A DNA stretch of 64,000 bases from Torpedo marmorata (taxonomy: Eukaryota), in the NCBI GenBank assembly GCA_977017645.1, contig OZ360246.1, positions 10,416,001-10,480,000 on the forward strand, written 5' to 3'. The position numbers were made by a program, and so were the translations under genes. The notes beneath the pieces were generated by a model that had not been told where the DNA came from, ran no database searches, and saw only the letters and a program-made list of their open reading frames with translations. Shown here one piece after another: positions 61,023-64,000 of the stretch. Positions within the stretch are counted from its first letter, which is position 1, and each line of letters starts with the position of its first letter.

Positions 61023-62649
61023 TGCAGCAGTCAAATTGCACACAGTGAGCTGCCAAGGACAGCAACGAGGTGACGTTCAGTGTTAGTCAGAACACTGGAC
61101 GTGTCTCTCCCTGTTCGTCAGAGTGCTACCTCGGGATCCTCCACAGCCACCTGACCTCCAAGTCACCTCCTATCTGAAAGGACTTCCATCACTGCAGTGT
61201 GCTAGCTGCAGGATCTCTTGGCACAGAGATGAGAGTTACCATCCGAGCCAATGCTTTGGAACAAGCTGAGGCTGGTGAAGTGGTTCGATGTCACTTTTAT
61301 TATTTGCCTCATTACCAGAGCTCTCAGACAAGCATGAAGGCTTTGCTTGGCTGACGTTGGAAAGGGCTCTCCCCGCCAGATTCCTTGCGGACGTCGGCAG
61401 GTTCAGCTGCTCTCCAGGTGACGAATGAGACGATCATCGTCTACCTCTAGAACATGCACTTGCCAAGACGGACCGGAGGTAAATTCAACGGCCTTTGTCG
61501 CCGCTCACCCACGTAACGCGGGACCCTGAGCTCCCCAGGCTGTTCACGGGGCAAGCACGCAGAGACAAACTGCTCGGAGATTTGACCCTCTCTGGTCTGC
61601 CCAAACCTCACAGGGAGCTGCGCACGGCTTGATGCCATGGACTGGCAGGTTCCCACTCGACGAGGGAGGGAGGGAACGGGGGAGGGAGCGAGGGAAGGAC
61701 AGAAGCCTCGGGCAGCGACTACACAGGATCTACGAGGACAGGTTCAAGACCATCTCCTCACTCGATATCGAGCGGCTGGTTTCTGGGTGAAAAAAACCTG
61801 AGACTGTTTATTCAATAAATACGTAAAGGAATATTAATGTCATGCCGATGGAATGTGAATGAAGTAATGTGGCTGATATTGTGAAAATGAAATGTGACAT
61901 ATGAATGTGCTATATCACATATTTGCAAATTTTAAGAATAAGCTAATATATTAGAAAACAAAATATTTTATAACACTATAGCAAAGCTTCTTTGGATATC
62001 TTATCAGTGGGAGTTGTTATTGTCAAAGCATTTTATCTTGACACATAAGCCACAAAATTTTGTTCCAGACTCTGCAAAGCAGGGTTTTTATTTTCTCGGA
62101 GTAATTCTTGCTGCGATCTGATTTCCCTACTAGCCAGTAGGGGTCCTTCCCCTCCCTCCACTGTTCATATGGTATGCTGGGCACCAGCAATGTAAGGGAT
62201 TTTCACAGCCCTTCCGACCCTCGCCTTCTCGCCCGCAGACTCTATTTCCCAAGGTCTCCTGCGGCTCTGTCCTTCTCGGTAGGTCCGACCCAGGAGGTGG
62301 CCAATCCCGGTTCCTGCTCTGTGCTGCGGCCTCTAACACGTACCGCGCATTCTGTCTTAACATCCTGCCCTGTAGGCAATTTCAGTGATTCGCAGGAGCC
62401 TTGGGGTCATGAGTGCCATCGCTGCTGCGGAGTCACTCCTCCTGGGGTGCTAATACTTGGCTCACACCTGACGAATGGCCCAGCCCTGAAACGTTGGCAA
62501 CCCTTTACTTCCTATGGATGCTGAGTTTCTCCAGCACGTTTGTGTATTGCACTCGACCCCAGCGTCCGCAGACTTTCTTGTTTAACAACAAAAATACTTG
62601 GCTCGAGTTCTTGCAACTGATTATCCAAGTGCAAGAATACACTTGACAT

Positions 62650-62897
62650 CAGTATAGCAGTTAGCACAATGCTTTTACAGCGGCAGCGACCCGGTTTTGA
62701 ATCGGCACTGTCTCTAAGGAGCTTGTACGTTCTCCCGTGTCTGCGTGATTTTCCACTGGGTGCTCCGGTTTCAACCCACGTTCCAAAGATGTACGGGGTT
62801 AGTAGGTTAATTGGTCACATGGATGTATTTGGGTGACATGGGCTCGTGGGCCGGAAGGGACTGTTACCGTGCTGTATCTCTAAATTAAAAAAAAATC
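62650..62897 (+). mobile_element. tRNA-derived SINE
   Basis: Family homology, diverged. Confidence 0.8.
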
Positions 62898-63117
62898 AAA
62901 CATTTCAGATCCTCTTCTCGACTCATGGGCTGGTTTATTTTCCAGAAAATATCAACTATCCTTGGTGCTCGTTGGCCCTGGTTAGCAGAATGTCAATAAG
63001 CCAGCTGATTGAAGAGACGTTTGTTTCTCGAGGAACCCGCATCCCTCATTGCTCAAGGAATTAACCCCCTCACTGCCACTGTCCAGCTCTGCCCTTGGTG
63101 AAGTGGTTGAACTAAAG

Positions 63118-63489
63118 CAGTGGTTTTCAATTTTGTTCTTCCCACTCACATACCACCTTAAGTAATCCCTATGCCATAAGTGCTCTGTGATTAGTAAGGG
63201 ATTACTTAAGGTGGTATGTGAGTGGGAAAAAAGGTTGAGAACCACTGCTCTCGACCCAATTGTTACTGAAATATTTTGCTTGAGAAAAATTGTCATGGCC
63301 CATTTCCTTTGGAGTTATGAAACCGTGCACATAACGAGTCAATTAGGTACGATTAAAACAGTGGTTTTCAAACTTTTTCTTTCCACTCACATACCACCTT
63401 AAGTAATCCCTTACTAATCACAGAGCACCTATGGCATAGGGATTACTTAAATGGAATGTGAGTGGAATGAAAAAGTTTGAAAACCACTG
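63118..63489. mobile_element. Second copy of the hAT compound MITE
   Basis: Same structure and spacer; 8-bp TSD AACTAAAG at 63110-63117 and 63490-63497. Confidence 0.92.
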
Positions 63490-63539
63490 AACTAAAGTCT
63501 TGTCCCTGCCAGGGATGGAGGGAAAGATGTTTGGGCCTG

Positions 63540-64000
63540 TCAAGATGGCGGCACTGCCGGAGCCACTGTAACGGCAGCGCTGCCGCTGGTGCGGACCCCC
63601 GAGGAGCGAGGAGCGGAGATACAGCGCTCCCGCGGGGTCCAACCGCCCAGTCGACTGCCGTCAGCTCCGCACGGGCTTTGAACGGCCCGTTAAAGGAGCC
63701 GACAGTAGTTTTATTTAAAATCCCGCGACCAAGATGGCAGCGCCTCTGATCGGCAGCAGCCACGAGGGGTTGCAGACTCCAGGGGAGCGGAGGACTGGCG
63801 CAGGGCACCAGAAAACGGGGAGACCATCCCCGTCTGAGAAAGAGAAGCAGAGGAGACGACCCACAGGACAGTGACCACGGTGGCGGACCAGTGAGGGGCT
63901 TTGCGGCTGAAAGACCAATGCATGCGGCGGGCTGCTGGCGACTCGAGGCGAGGAACCCGTGGAGGCTGTGGGCTGCTGGACATTGCTGTCGGGAGACTCG
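63540..64000 (+). mobile_element. 5' part of the same GC-rich non-autonomous element, running off the window edge
   Basis: Reverse-complement homology to about 43650-44090. Confidence 0.75.

Overview
Repeat-rich vertebrate genomic DNA, most likely from a cartilaginous fish (shark or ray), judged from HE1/V-SINE-type SINEs with their partner CR1 LINEs, Rex1/Babar LINEs and Penelope-like elements (PLEs). The only host gene I can support is CASZ1 (castor zinc finger 1) on the minus strand. Three coding exons are visible with phase-compatible GT-AG junctions (32825-32268, 27788-26990, 14303-14232). I did not find the zinc-finger exons, which probably lie left of the window, so the rest of the window is probably CASZ1 intron. 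The introns hold SINEs, CR1, Rex1 and PLE fragments, hAT and Tc1/pogo non-autonomous transposons, a solo LTR, minisatellites and repeat-free blocks that look like conserved non-coding elements. Most notable observations: (1) many fold-back PLE-terminus insertions carrying minimal hammerhead-ribozyme motifs on both strands; (2) a 13x24-bp reiteration exactly at a PLE 5' truncation point; (3) a compound two-MITE hAT element present twice with different target-site duplications (TSDs); (4) a Tigger-like element carrying two SINE tRNA heads around a 46-bp CpG-rich minisatellite; (5) an in-frame TGA in the segment matching the human CASZ1 N-terminal extension. All calls are by eye and from remembered family features, with no database searches. 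Repeat boundaries without a TSD are approximate.
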